From Thermodesulfobacteriota bacterium (GTDB lineage: Bacteria > Desulfobacterota_D > UBA1144 > Nemesobacterales > Nemesobacteraceae): a stretch of DNA of 64,000 nucleotides. The notes under the pieces are model-generated. The model was given only the letters and a program-made list of their open reading frames with translations. It was not told where the DNA came from and did not search any database. The DNA lies in assembly GCA_965209225.1 (NCBI GenBank), contig OZ242379.1, positions 934,762 to 998,761 on the forward strand. The letters run 5' to 3'. Numbering within the stretch: the stretch's first letter is position 1; every line of letters begins with the position of its first letter. The translations under genes were made by a program, and so were the position numbers. This document shows, in pieces, positions 48,340 to 58,352 of the stretch.

Positions 48340-50889
48340 CTAACGTTCCCGAGAGTCGGATACAGCCTGTTTTCCCCTCGGGCGTTTTTTCCACAAAGCC
48401 GCGGAGAACAACAGGGAGACTACAAGAAGCGAGTCAAACAAAACTCCCCCGGCCCTGGCGGAAGTTGCGGCGACCGCGCACCCTCCATCGTCGTCGCTTG
48501 TTTCAGGATGATATCCGGAACCGACTATAAGGGTCTGGCCATCGAGAAATCCGGGGAAATCCACTCTCTCCACGTAGCTAAGCTTCGGCACATCGCCCGG
48601 GGCCGTGCCTTCTCCAGAAAAAGCGGGAGTGGAATCAGTCGGATCATCCCAGAGGTACTCGACAAAGCCCTCCGCGTCCCCGGGCAGCAGCCCCAGGTCC
48701 CCGCACTGCCTCGGCTCACCATTTGCCACCTTTGCCACCTCGTCACCGACATTACATCCGTTGTCGTCCACAACATCGAGAGTCCCGTTTTCAAGCGCCG
48801 GGGAATTCCCGTTAAAAAACACAAGCCGGTCTCTCTCCGTCATCACAAACAGGTATACGGCCCCGTGTTTCCACGGAAGCGCTCTCCAGCAGTTGCGCAC
48901 AGAAGCCAGACTGGCGGGAGTCTGCCCGGCTTGTTCTACCTGCTCCGTGAAATGCTTCACGAATTCTTTCACGAAGCTCCTAAGCGTGTCACTGTCTGTA
49001 ACCTTGTTGGCAGTTGTCCCCTGCTTGAAATAGGGTTCTTCATCAATGATCTCACTTATGAAATAAGGACATCTTATATTGTCAAAACTTACGTCATCGG
49101 ACTCACGGTGAAGCCCGCCGAGGAGTATGAGTCCGCTTTTCCATATCGGATGCTCGAACCTGACGGCACATGCCTCCCTGTTTTCACTGTTCCGAACGCA
49201 GCCGCCGCCTTCATCGGCTTTTGCTTCTGCTATGAGTTCCGCAGCATCCAAGGTTCCGTTCTGCGCCTCAGGGTCGTGCGCGTGAGTATAGATCGTTCCG
49301 TTTTCATCTATCACCATGAGGTATATGGTGCCGTTTTTCCAGTCCCCTCCGTCCACGGTCAGGCTTTTCTCGAATCTTATGTTTTCGTTGGGACCCTCTA
49401 TGGCTTCCCAGTGAGCTTTCGCGTGCCGAACGAATTCGAGCATATCATCCCGGTCCGAAGCATCCACATCTCCGGCAGTTACGCTATGGGTGTGTTCGCC
49501 CTCGTGGGCCGAAGCCGTTTCGGGACCCGAGAGAAAAACAAGTGTCGCCAACGCACAGACGACGAAGGCTGCCGGTCCGCTTCGCGAAAAGACCCTCTTT
49601 GCTCCCGAGAGTTTTTCAAGGAAAACCGCTGGGAGCAAAAACAGAACTGTCATGAAGAAACTTAGCAGAGCGTTTCCGGGCGCGTCCGCTCCTCCCGCGA
49701 TAGCGCAGCCATTGTCGTCACCTGTTTCGGGATAGATGCCCGAACCCCAGATAATCCGACCCTCCCCATCGGTTGACGGAATCCATGTAACATAGGTTGT
49801 CTTGGGAGAATTGCCGGGGGCCTTGCCGGGTATCAGATTTCCTTCGGAATCGCGTATATCGTCATCAGGCGTAGTCGGGTCGTCCCAGAGATACTTGACA
49901 AACGCTCCTTCGCCGGAATCCAAATCCCTTACGGCTTCCACCAGTAAATCCCCGACATTGGTTCCGTTGTCGTCTTCAACATCCAGGCTTTTGTTCTCAA
50001 AACTGGGCGTGTTGCCGTTTAGCACGACCAGCCGGGTATCCGCGGTCATTGCGAAAAGGTAGATGGAATCGTTTTTCCATGGCGAGACCCTGAAACAGCT
50101 AACCGAGTTGATAAGCTCAAGCAAGCCTGCCCTCTCCCGCCAGTCAACATAGAATTGAGCAAATTCATCTACAAACTTCCTGAGCGTATCCCTGTCCACC
50201 ACGGCGGCGGCGCTTGTTTCGGGAACATAATGAGGGCATTTCAGATTGGAAAAGGATACATCTGAGAAATTATGGTGAAGCCCTCCGACCAGAATGGTCG
50301 GAAGCGGAAATGAAAGACTGTCGAGGCGCAGGTTGAATTTAACGGCGCATGCCGCTCTGTCTTCATTCCCGAAAGTGTAATTGCGACAAGCCGCTCCATC
50401 TTCTTTTTCCCGTAACTCGTCCATGAGCCCTTTCATAACGTCATTCTTGTGTGACAGGATTCCGCCTTGCGCGGGAGGATAATACGGGTGAGGTTGCTGT
50501 ATCACGCCATCTCCGCTCGTCCGGAAGATATATATGCTGTCTTTGCGCCAGTCACCTCCTTCCACTTCGAGGAGCTGCAGGAAGGGCGCGAGGCCGGTGT
50601 TGTAGTCTGTTAGCTGCTCCATGTGAGCCCTTGCGTGCAGCATGAAGGCTTTCATCTCTTCCATGTCCCCGGCTGTGACGTCTCTTGCTGTTATGCTGTC
50701 GGGGCTGTGGTTGTCTCTTGTGCCTGCACGGCTCGGGATATCAGGGATTTCATGGGCCTGAAGCGGACCCTCATGGGAAAAGAAGACAAGCAACGCCAGC
50801 ACGCAGAGAAAAAAGACCGGATTTTGTGTTTTTATAACGGCGCTGGAATTAATGGAACTTCCCGGTTTCCGTAAGAATGCGGTACTCAT
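48340..50889 (-). CDS. large membrane protein with two paralogous ~350-aa periplasmic Cys-containing domains (internal tandem duplication), 4 predicted TM helices
   Basis: Repeat 1 and repeat 2 align (HE..., GDW..IY, CRNYTFGNEDRAACAVKF vs CVRNSENREACAVRF, LKCPHYVPE vs IRCPYFISE, YLWDDPT in both). Each repeat is followed by GC-small-residues plus a TM segment, and the C-terminal tail is basic. Confidence 0.6.
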   Translation of the reverse strand: MSTAFLRKPGSSINSSAVIKTQNPVFFLCVLALLVFFSHEGPLQAHEIPDIPSRAGTRDNHSPDSITARDVTAGDMEEMKAFMLHARAHMEQLTDYNTGLAPFLQLLEVEGGDWRKDSIYIFRTSGDGVIQQPHPYYPPAQGGILSHKNDVMKGLMDELREKEDGAACRNYTFGNEDRAACAVKFNLRLDSLSFPLPTILVGGLHHNFSDVSFSNLKCPHYVPETSAAAVVDRDTLRKFVDEFAQFYVDWRERAGLLELINSVSCFRVSPWKNDSIYLFAMTADTRLVVLNGNTPSFENKSLDVEDDNGTNVGDLLVEAVRDLDSGEGAFVKYLWDDPTTPDDDIRDSEGNLIPGKAPGNSPKTTYVTWIPSTDGEGRIIWGSGIYPETGDDNGCAIAGGADAPGNALLSFFMTVLFLLPAVFLEKLSGAKRVFSRSGPAAFVVCALATLVFLSGPETASAHEGEHTHSVTAGDVDASDRDDMLEFVRHAKAHWEAIEGPNENIRFEKSLTVDGGDWKNGTIYLMVIDENGTIYTHAHDPEAQNGTLDAAELIAEAKADEGGGCVRNSENREACAVRFEHPIWKSGLILLGGLHRESDDVSFDNIRCPYFISEIIDEEPYFKQGTTANKVTDSDTLRSFVKEFVKHFTEQVEQAGQTPASLASVRNCWRALPWKHGAVYLFVMTERDRLVFFNGNSPALENGTLDVVDDNGCNVGDEVAKVANGEPRQCGDLGLLPGDAEGFVEYLWDDPTDSTPAFSGEGTAPGDVPKLSYVERVDFPGFLDGQTLIVGSGYHPETSDDDGGCAVAATSARAGGVLFDSLLVVSLLFSAALWKKRPRGKQAVSDSRER

Positions 50890-51101
50890 TTTTAACCCCC
50901 CTTGCGTGTTTTACATAGACAGTTACCTCACGTTAGTCTTCAGGTCAAACCTGCCACCTAGAATCAGCTTGGCTTTGCAACCTGAATCCCAACGACATGA
51001 ATGTGATTATCCCATATTGGAGCAATGATTTCAACCTGATAAAGTGCCCTGTGCAGGCGGATTGCTTGACTTGGTGTTGTTTCTGCCGCGCGTGGGACGG
51101 G

Positions 51102-52832
51102 TCAGGCGAAAATCCGGGCGATTTTCCGTACGCCTTGCGGGATGTCAGGCGGTATCCTGATTCTTGCAATCCCCCTTCCGGTTTCGTCAAGAGACCTGAA
51201 GTCTCCGGTGGCCTGGGCTGTTTTGAGTACCTGGAAAGAGAATGCCGATTCCGCAGAACCGACATCATCAGGTATGGGCAGATCGTTTTCATTATCGCTT
51301 ACGATCTGAATGAAGAATCCTTCTCCCGAGTCTCCTTTGTGAAGCTGACCTGTTGAGTGGAGGAATCTCGGGCCGAACCCCAAGGTTACGGGTACGGATG
51401 ATATGCTTTCAATCTGTGCGCGAAGGGAAAGAAGCTCTTTTGAATTTTCTTCTGCGGGGTCTACGTAAGCCTGAATCGATACGTACCCTTTTTTCTTTGA
51501 AGAGATGATATCTTTTAGCTGCTCCGGGGATTCTATGTTCCTGTTACTTGAGAAAGCAAGACCGTTTCTGGAAAAATCGGGCTCTTCTGGCTCAAGTTCG
51601 CCCGTTTCCCCGTAGAGTCTGAGAAAACTTCTTGCGAAGGCCTTCGCGGATTCGACGTCGGGCTGGTCAAAGGGATTTATTCCCATTATGCTTCCGGCAA
51701 GCGCCACGGCAAACTCGAAGCGGAAGAGTTCCGCGGCTATCTGGTCGGGACTGTCAACTACTATTTTCACGAAGGGAATCTTGGAGTTCCTGATGCGCGA
51801 GGCGGCCGTATCCACAGTTCCGTCCCCCCTCAGGGAAAGGAGAATGTATGCCCTGTCGTCTCCCGGCCGTGGGCAGTCCGGGACCTCTTCGTCAAGCAGC
51901 GGAAGGATGCCCGCGCCGTTTTTCCCGGTGCTTTCGGCGATCAGTTGCTCCACCCAGCAGCCGAAAGGAAAAAGCTTTTCGGAAAAGACAAAGCCCATCT
52001 TGTCTCTTCCCTGTTCGGCCATGACCCCGAGAAACGTCCCCAGGCGAAAGGAGGGGCTCTCGCGGCATTTTCCTCCGACCGAGTTTTCAAGTTCAAGCAG
52101 CACTGAAAAGGCCGACTGAAGTATCTCGCGTATATCGACTCCCGCAAGGGATGCGGGAACGAGGCCGAAGTAGGAAAGCGCGCTGAACCTCCCGCCGACG
52201 TTCGGGTCGTTGATGAACACCCTTCTGAAACCATGCTTGTCGGCCGTTTTGATCAGTCCTGAGCCAGGATCCGTTATGCAGATGAAATGTTCTCCCGGGG
52301 CCCCGGTTTTTCTCTCGAGTTCGCCGTAAAAGTATTTCATGAGGGAAACGGTTTCCACGGTCGAACCTGATTTTGAGGAGACTACGAAGAGGGTTCTAAG
52401 GAGGTCTACGCTCTCCCGGGTCTTAAGAATGAAGTCGGGGTCCGTAGTGTCAAGAAGAGTGAGGCGCAAAAAGCCGTTGCGGAGGGTGAATATGTTTCTG
52501 AACACCTCGGAGGAGAGACTTGAGCCCCCCATGCCTAAAACAACAACTTCGGTGAACCCTTTTTTCCTTATCGATTCTGAGAAGTCGTCTATTTCATTTA
52601 TTACCGCGAGCATCTGCTTCGGAAGATGGACCCAGCCGAGGCGATTCGTGATCTCGGAAGGATCATCCGCCCAGAGCAGGTGATCGTATTCGAAGAATCT
52701 TTCGGCAAAGCGGTTTTTCTCAAGTTCGAGGAGCTGGGATTGGATTATGCTTCCGTAATCGCCCGCGTATTCGGTGTAGTTTGGTGACTCCGAACCGGCT
52801 TTGTTTTCAGTGGACACGGTACTAGTTACCAA
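51102..52832 (-). CDS. pgi: glucose-6-phosphate isomerase
   Basis: VVLGMGGSSLSSEVF and FVVSSKSGSTVET SIS motifs. Confidence 0.9.
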   Translation of the reverse strand: MVTSTVSTENKAGSESPNYTEYAGDYGSIIQSQLLELEKNRFAERFFEYDHLLWADDPSEITNRLGWVHLPKQMLAVINEIDDFSESIRKKGFTEVVVLGMGGSSLSSEVFRNIFTLRNGFLRLTLLDTTDPDFILKTRESVDLLRTLFVVSSKSGSTVETVSLMKYFYGELERKTGAPGEHFICITDPGSGLIKTADKHGFRRVFINDPNVGGRFSALSYFGLVPASLAGVDIREILQSAFSVLLELENSVGGKCRESPSFRLGTFLGVMAEQGRDKMGFVFSEKLFPFGCWVEQLIAESTGKNGAGILPLLDEEVPDCPRPGDDRAYILLSLRGDGTVDTAASRIRNSKIPFVKIVVDSPDQIAAELFRFEFAVALAGSIMGINPFDQPDVESAKAFARSFLRLYGETGELEPEEPDFSRNGLAFSSNRNIESPEQLKDIISSKKKGYVSIQAYVDPAEENSKELLSLRAQIESISSVPVTLGFGPRFLHSTGQLHKGDSGEGFFIQIVSDNENDLPIPDDVGSAESAFSFQVLKTAQATGDFRSLDETGRGIARIRIPPDIPQGVRKIARIFA

Positions 52833-54852
52833 GCAGCTTGAGGCATTCCTTCAGGATGGTGTCCGCGTTAAAACCGAAGTTGTTCATCACGTCCTGGTAT
52901 GGCGCGGACTCTCCGAAGCGGTCTATTCCGTAGACCTTGGCAGCGGGGCCCGACCCAGTGAATTTTTCCCATCCGAACGTTGCTCCGGCCTCGACACTTA
53001 GCCTCGTGCCGGCAGAAGGCGGCAGGACGCTGTCTTTGTACTTCTGGGACTGAGCTTCGAAAAGACTCCAGCACGGGAGGCTCACAACTCTCGGATTTTT
53101 CTCCATCTCGCGCAGCTTTTCATAAACTTCGAGACAGACGTGAACCTCAGAGCCCGTGGATATCAGTATGATGTCAGGCGTGCCGTCTGAGTCCGCAAGC
53201 ACATAACCCCCCGCGAGCGCTCCATCGGCCGCGGCGTAGCGGTCCCTGTCTATTATCGGAACGTTCTGTCTTGTGAGAACGAGCGCGGCGGGACGGTCGG
53301 AAAGTCCCATCACGTGTTTCCAAAGAATCGCGAGCTCGTTCGCGTCGCAGGGACGGATGACATCGATGTTGGGTGTGACCCTGAGGGCCGCCAGATGCTC
53401 TATGGGCTGATGGGTGGGTCCGTCCTCGCCGACTCCTATGCTGTCATGAGTGAAAATGTAGATTACGGGAAGTTTCATCAGGGCCGCGAGTCTTATCGAG
53501 GGCTTCATGTAATCGGCAAACACGAAGTAAGTCGAGGCGTATGCCCTGAGTCCGCTGAGACACATGCCGCTTGCTATCGCGGCCATTGAATGTTCCCTGA
53601 CTCCGAAATGAAAGTTTCTTCCCTCGCGGTCCCCGGCGGAAAAGCTCGTCGTACACTTAATATAGGTTTTAGTAGAGGAGCCTACATCCGCGGCACCGCC
53701 CATGAACCACGGCACTCTTTCCCCTATGGCGTTAATTATGCTTGAGTTCGCGGAACGTGTAGCAATCGGATCTGCGGGATAGGGAAAAGACGGGATATCG
53801 CCGTCCCATCCCTCGGGCAGCTTCCTTTTATCAAGCATCTCAAAGTCGTGAGCAAGTTCCGGATATTCGTTTGAATACTTCCTGAAGTTCTCCTTCCAGG
53901 CCGCTTCGGCATCGTTTCCTCTGGCGACCGCTTCTTTCATGTAGGAGAGAATCTCTTCGGGGACGTGAAAGTTTCCCGGGGAGTCCCATCCGTAGAATTC
54001 CTTCGTAAGCCTTACTTCCTCCTCTCCAAGCGGCGCCCCATGGGCCTCGCACGTGTTCTGCTTGTTGGGGCTTCCGTAAGCTATCTGGCTTTTCAATATT
54101 ACAATGGAAGGTCTTTTGGTTTCGGATCGCGCGCGATCCAGGGCTTTTTCAATTTCCCCAAGATTGTTTGCGTCCGAGACTTTCTCCACGTGCCAGTTGT
54201 AGGAACCGAACCGCATTTCCGTGTCCTCGGAATACGCAAGCGAGGTGCTGCCCTCGATTGTTATGCTGTTGCTGTCGTATATCCAGATCAGGTTTCCAAG
54301 CCCGAGATGACCCGCTATTGATGCGGCTTCTGAGGAAATTCCCTCCATCATGTCTCCGTCGCTGCAGATTGAATACACGTGATGATTTATTATAGCGTAG
54401 CCGGGACGGTTAAAGTGCTCCGAAAGCCATTTGCCCGCTATGGCCATTCCGACCGAATTCGATACTCCTTGACCCAGAGGCCCTGTGGTGGTCTCGACTC
54501 CAGCCGTGATTCCCACTTCGGGGTGACCGGGACAGAGACTGTGAAGGCTTCTGAATTTCTTCATGTCGTCAATCGAGATGTCGTATCCGTTCACGTAAAG
54601 GGCGGCGTAGAGGAGCATGGAAGCGTGACCTGCGGAAAGTACGAAGCGGTCGCGGTTGGGCCAACTCGGGTTCTCAGGATTGTGTTTTAAGAACTTGTCG
54701 AAAAGTACGAAAGCCGTGGGAGCGAGAGCCATCGGGGTCCCCGGATGACCGGATTTCGCTTTCTGGACAGCGTCCATGGCGAGTGTTCTTATACAGTTAA
54801 TTACAAGGTTCTCCAATTCTTCATCCTCGGGGAGAAATCCGTACGCAAACAT
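52822..54852 (-). CDS. tkt: transketolase
   Basis: SGHPGTPMALAP and full-length TK similarity; 11-bp overlap with pgi. Confidence 0.95.
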   Translation of the reverse strand: MFAYGFLPEDEELENLVINCIRTLAMDAVQKAKSGHPGTPMALAPTAFVLFDKFLKHNPENPSWPNRDRFVLSAGHASMLLYAALYVNGYDISIDDMKKFRSLHSLCPGHPEVGITAGVETTTGPLGQGVSNSVGMAIAGKWLSEHFNRPGYAIINHHVYSICSDGDMMEGISSEAASIAGHLGLGNLIWIYDSNSITIEGSTSLAYSEDTEMRFGSYNWHVEKVSDANNLGEIEKALDRARSETKRPSIVILKSQIAYGSPNKQNTCEAHGAPLGEEEVRLTKEFYGWDSPGNFHVPEEILSYMKEAVARGNDAEAAWKENFRKYSNEYPELAHDFEMLDKRKLPEGWDGDIPSFPYPADPIATRSANSSIINAIGERVPWFMGGAADVGSSTKTYIKCTTSFSAGDREGRNFHFGVREHSMAAIASGMCLSGLRAYASTYFVFADYMKPSIRLAALMKLPVIYIFTHDSIGVGEDGPTHQPIEHLAALRVTPNIDVIRPCDANELAILWKHVMGLSDRPAALVLTRQNVPIIDRDRYAAADGALAGGYVLADSDGTPDIILISTGSEVHVCLEVYEKLREMEKNPRVVSLPCWSLFEAQSQKYKDSVLPPSAGTRLSVEAGATFGWEKFTGSGPAAKVYGIDRFGESAPYQDVMNNFGFNADTILKECLKLLGN

Positions 54853-55026
54853 TAAAGATCCGCGGCAACGCGCGTCGGATTCATATGAAACGACGGCCGG
54901 GGTTTCGCTTTCGCGGGCAGCTTTTAAATTTACTTATAATAAACAATGGGAATAATATATTCAACATATACCTAAAGGCGGTTTTTGCACGCGTGCCACA
55001 TGAAAACCGTCGTTTCCCATGTGAAA

Positions 55027-55739
55027 TGAAAAAGGCGGCTTTAGTTACAGGCGGGGCGGTGAGAATAGGAAAGGAGATATCCCTGAATCTCGCCCGGAAG
55101 GGCTACTGTATCGCCCTTCACTACAATTCCTCCGAAAAAGAGGCCATGGCTGCAAGGGAACTCATTCTCAGTACCGGTGTTGAATGCGAGCTTTTCAGGT
55201 GTGACCTCTCATCACCTGATGACGCAAAAGAGCTTGTCCCGAAAGTCACGGAAAGCTTCGGGGGACTATGTGTTCTTGTTAACAACGCCTCAATTTTCGA
55301 GAACGTCGGATTCCGTGACGTGACTCCCGAATTTCTTGAAACCGATATGGCTATAAACTTCAAGGCGCCTTTTTTCCTCTCCCAGTCTTTTTCCACCGAG
55401 GCAAGCGGGGGGCTTATAGTTAATTTCCTTGACACGAGAGTCAGAAAAAATCCCGTTGAGCATTTTTGCTACAACCTGAGCAAGAAGTGCCTTTATCACT
55501 TGACGAAAATGCTTGCAAGGGAACTCGCTCCCGATTTTCGGGTAAACGCCGTGTGCCCGGGGGCCGTTCTCGCTCCCCCGGGGTTCGGGGATGACTATCT
55601 TCACAAGACGGCGCGGGGAGCTCCGATGAAGCGTCCGGGCTCTGTTGAGGATATAATTAACGCGCTTAACTATCTTCTGGAGAATAATTACGTCACCGGA
55701 GAGTGTCTTTTCGTTGACGGAGGCATGAGCCTTACCTGA
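55027..55739 (+). CDS. folM: pteridine reductase-like SDR (FolM/PTR1-like), upstream of folB
   Basis: MKKAALVTGGAVRIGKEI, Y/K catalytic pair; start refined from ORF 54885. Confidence 0.7.
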
Positions 55740-55743
55740 TAAG

Positions 55744-56091
55744 ATGATAATAAAGATCGAAAACCTGAGGCTTCGCACTATAATAGGAGTCTATGACTGG
55801 GAGAAGGAGAACCGCCAGGACCTGGTCATAAACGTCACCATCGATTTTGACGGACGCAAGGCCGCCGAGAGCGACGACATAGACGATACTTTGGACTACA
55901 AGGCCATAAATAAAAAGATCATAAGCTTTGTGGAGACAAACGATTTTAACCTGCTTGAGAGAGTTGCCGGGGGTATATGCGATATAGTTTTTGAGGATCC
56001 GGCGGTGAGGTGGGCGTCGGTTAAGGTGGAAAAGCCCGGGGCGCTTCGCTTTGCTGATTCCGTTTCGGTGACCGAAGCGAGGGAGAGATAG
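55744..56091 (+). CDS. folB: dihydroneopterin aldolase
   Basis: IKIENLRLRTIIGVYDWEKENRQDLVINV...DYKAINKKI pattern. Confidence 0.85.
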   Translation: MIIKIENLRLRTIIGVYDWEKENRQDLVINVTIDFDGRKAAESDDIDDTLDYKAINKKIISFVETNDFNLLERVAGGICDIVFEDPAVRWASVKVEKPGALRFADSVSVTEARER

Positions 56092-56342
56092 ACGGGACGG
56101 GTTATTGGGAGGATATGGATTGCGGAATCCGCCGGGACTCCGGCGTCACGTGGCGGCTTTTATGATTTTACGAGGGTTTTGAAAGCGTAGTGCCCGCCCG
56201 GGATTCTTCTCCTTTCGGCCGAAACCGAAATCTCTTGGAGGTACCGCAGTTCCCCGAGATATTACTGACGAGTTCCAAGGGGCCTCTACGTTCGGAACCA
56301 TCTCGAATGGTTTTATGCGCGACCTAGGCATGCGGAACTGAA

Positions 56343-58090
56343 TGGTCCGGCGGCCAGGAATTCCCACTATCGGCAGATTGATCTTTGATTTTTGAGTGTC
56401 CGGGAGGTTTCCCTATCGTCCGAGCTTAATCAGCTCCATTATAACACCGCTTTTTCTGCATCACACTTGATTTTCTGCGCACGTCTCCATGCTTTGGACA
56501 AACCTCTCCTCCCCACGCAAAGCAGACCCCGTTGAACCCTACCACTTATTATCATCAACATACCTACGAAGTGTTCGGTATGAGATGAGACTCGTGACCA
56601 TACGCTATACTCTGGTAAAGAACTTCCCAATCCGCAATAACCAAAACCGTAAAAAAACTCCTTATCGTCTCTCTCAGATACTTGAGCCTTCCCACCTTCC
56701 CCAAAGCCGCCTGAAACAACTTGCAGCAATGCGCCTCTATCTGATCAATAAGAAACGCAAGTACCATCAGATTGGCGAACACACTCGAGAGATTCCTGTT
56801 GCCGTGTCCGAAGTTGTGCTCAAAATGATAACCCTGATTCTTAAGCGTATTGAACGTCTCGTTCTCTATTCTCCACCTCGCTCTCCCCGCCCTCATTACC
56901 TTCATCAGATTATTGCGGTTCAACTGTATGTCCGTAACCCAAGAAAAACGCGTGGTCCTGCTCTCGGGCTTCTTCTTTGTCCCCGGCTTTGTCTCGTGAT
57001 ACTCAAGGAAGTTCACCTTCAATTCCCTGTTCGACTCGTTAAGAGACATGTTGTTTACGTATCTGAACCTGTGCCGTATTCCCCCTTCTCCCTCTATCTC
57101 CACTTCCTCCGTGTCAGGACTGCCGTCCACCTGTTCAAATAAATACTCGTGGTCTCCTTGCTTTGCTCCAAGTATAAATCTCAGATCATTGTTCATCAGG
57201 TGCCTTATATGGGGAGCGTTTGAAGCAAGCCCGTCTTCAAGCGCTATGAGCTTCAGATGGGGATGCTCCCTCCTTAAATCCTTTATGAATCTCTTCGCCG
57301 CGTTTCTCTCGCAGTCATTCTTCACCGCCCCGTCCGTCTTCAGTATCGGCTCGGGAGCAAGGGGAAACACCTCTTTGTGTTCGGGATGCACTATGGCTCC
57401 GCACAGCATGTGATGATAATACGTAACGCTGCCGTTGCGGTGATGCTTCTCGCAGCAGTTATCGCAGTGTACGCTCGGGGAGGAGAAAAACCCCGTGCCG
57501 TCCACTGAAAGCAGATAATGACCGTCTATATACTCATAGCCTTCAAGCCCCTTGCCCCTTTGCAGTTTCCCAAACAGCTTCCTGAAAGCGCCGCGTATAT
57601 CTCTTGGGTCAAGCTCATCAAGACGCTTTCTCATCCCCGAATCTGAAGGAACATTCGAAACTCTGTACAGACTTTCGAGATTCGAGCATACCCTGTCCTT
57701 GTCCTCATCATGCGCGGCCTCGTCAAAAGCAAGCAGGGAAGGGTATTTCAGGGAAAACACGGCAAGCGCCGACATCAGGTAATCAGGCAGAGTGAAACTG
57801 CGGCCTGAGACGGCGTCATCTATTTTTTTAAAACTGTTGTGGGCAACGTGGAGCAGCCCCGGTTTGCTCAGCGTTTTACGCAAACGTTCCTTCATAGTCC
57901 ACCTCCGGCAGTAAACTATAGTTGTTGTTCCAGACAATCAGTGTACCATATCGGGAGAGGGAACGCTGGAAAAAGCGGGAGTTTCTGCTTGAAATCGGCT
58001 TGAAAGTTTACGAAAACAAAATCCTGAACCCCTTTGTTTTAAGGGGTTTTAGGACTTAGTGGGAATTGCTGTCCGGCGGCCAGCCGGACA
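56343..58090. mobile_element. IS4-like insertion sequence (approximate ends) carrying one DDE transposase
   Basis: Imperfect terminal inverted repeats TGGTCCGGCGGCCAGGAATTCCCACTA (56343-56369) versus reverse complement of TAGTGGGAATTGCTGTCCGGCGGCCAGCCGGACA (58057-58090); exact termini and TSD not resolved. Confidence 0.5.
56564..57895 (-). CDS. IS4/ISNCY-type DDE transposase
   Basis: DDE_Tnp_1-like core with RWRIENETFNTLKNQGYHFEHNFGHG; start at MKERL after ggagg RBS. Confidence 0.85.
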   Translation of the reverse strand: MKERLRKTLSKPGLLHVAHNSFKKIDDAVSGRSFTLPDYLMSALAVFSLKYPSLLAFDEAAHDEDKDRVCSNLESLYRVSNVPSDSGMRKRLDELDPRDIRGAFRKLFGKLQRGKGLEGYEYIDGHYLLSVDGTGFFSSPSVHCDNCCEKHHRNGSVTYYHHMLCGAIVHPEHKEVFPLAPEPILKTDGAVKNDCERNAAKRFIKDLRREHPHLKLIALEDGLASNAPHIRHLMNNDLRFILGAKQGDHEYLFEQVDGSPDTEEVEIEGEGGIRHRFRYVNNMSLNESNRELKVNFLEYHETKPGTKKKPESRTTRFSWVTDIQLNRNNLMKVMRAGRARWRIENETFNTLKNQGYHFEHNFGHGNRNLSSVFANLMVLAFLIDQIEAHCCKLFQAALGKVGRLKYLRETIRSFFTVLVIADWEVLYQSIAYGHESHLIPNTS

Positions 58091-58109
58091 TGGAGCATGA
58101 TCGATGATT

Positions 58110-58352
58110 ATGACCGGACGGGAATACTGGCTGAAGCGGCAGATTTGAAAACGTGATTGACTTTTAGTCGTCCAGATATAAAATACAGTTATGACTGGAC
58201 GGGAATACTGGCTGAAGCGGCAGATTTGAAAACGTGATTGACTTTTAGTCGTCCAGATATAAAATACAGTTATGACTGGACGGGAATACTGGCTGAAGCG
58301 GCAGATTTGAAAACGTGATTGACTTTTAGTCGTCCAGATATAAAATACAGTT
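58110..58352. repeat. three tandem 81-bp repeats, each = first 31 nt of the downstream ATPase ORF + its 50-bp promoter (TTGACT-16-TAAAAT)
   Basis: Copies start at 58110, 58191, 58272; the gene itself starts at 58353 with the near-identical atgatcagacgggaatactggctgaagcggc. Confidence 0.95.

Noticed and set aside
56092-56342. Structured-looking 250-bp intergenic region between folB and the IS4-like end (nested hairpins gagat...atctc, gccgggactccggc); considered 6S RNA, ZTP or THF riboswitch
   Set aside because: No match to the conserved cores of these RNA families that I can verify by eye, and it is oriented away from any regulated gene. Possibly just a folB terminator plus IS-flanking sequence. 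Would need cmscan/Rfam.
56146-56367. 73-aa ORF inside that intergenic region
   Set aside because: Arg/Pro-rich low-complexity translation, overlaps IS terminal repeat; likely spurious.
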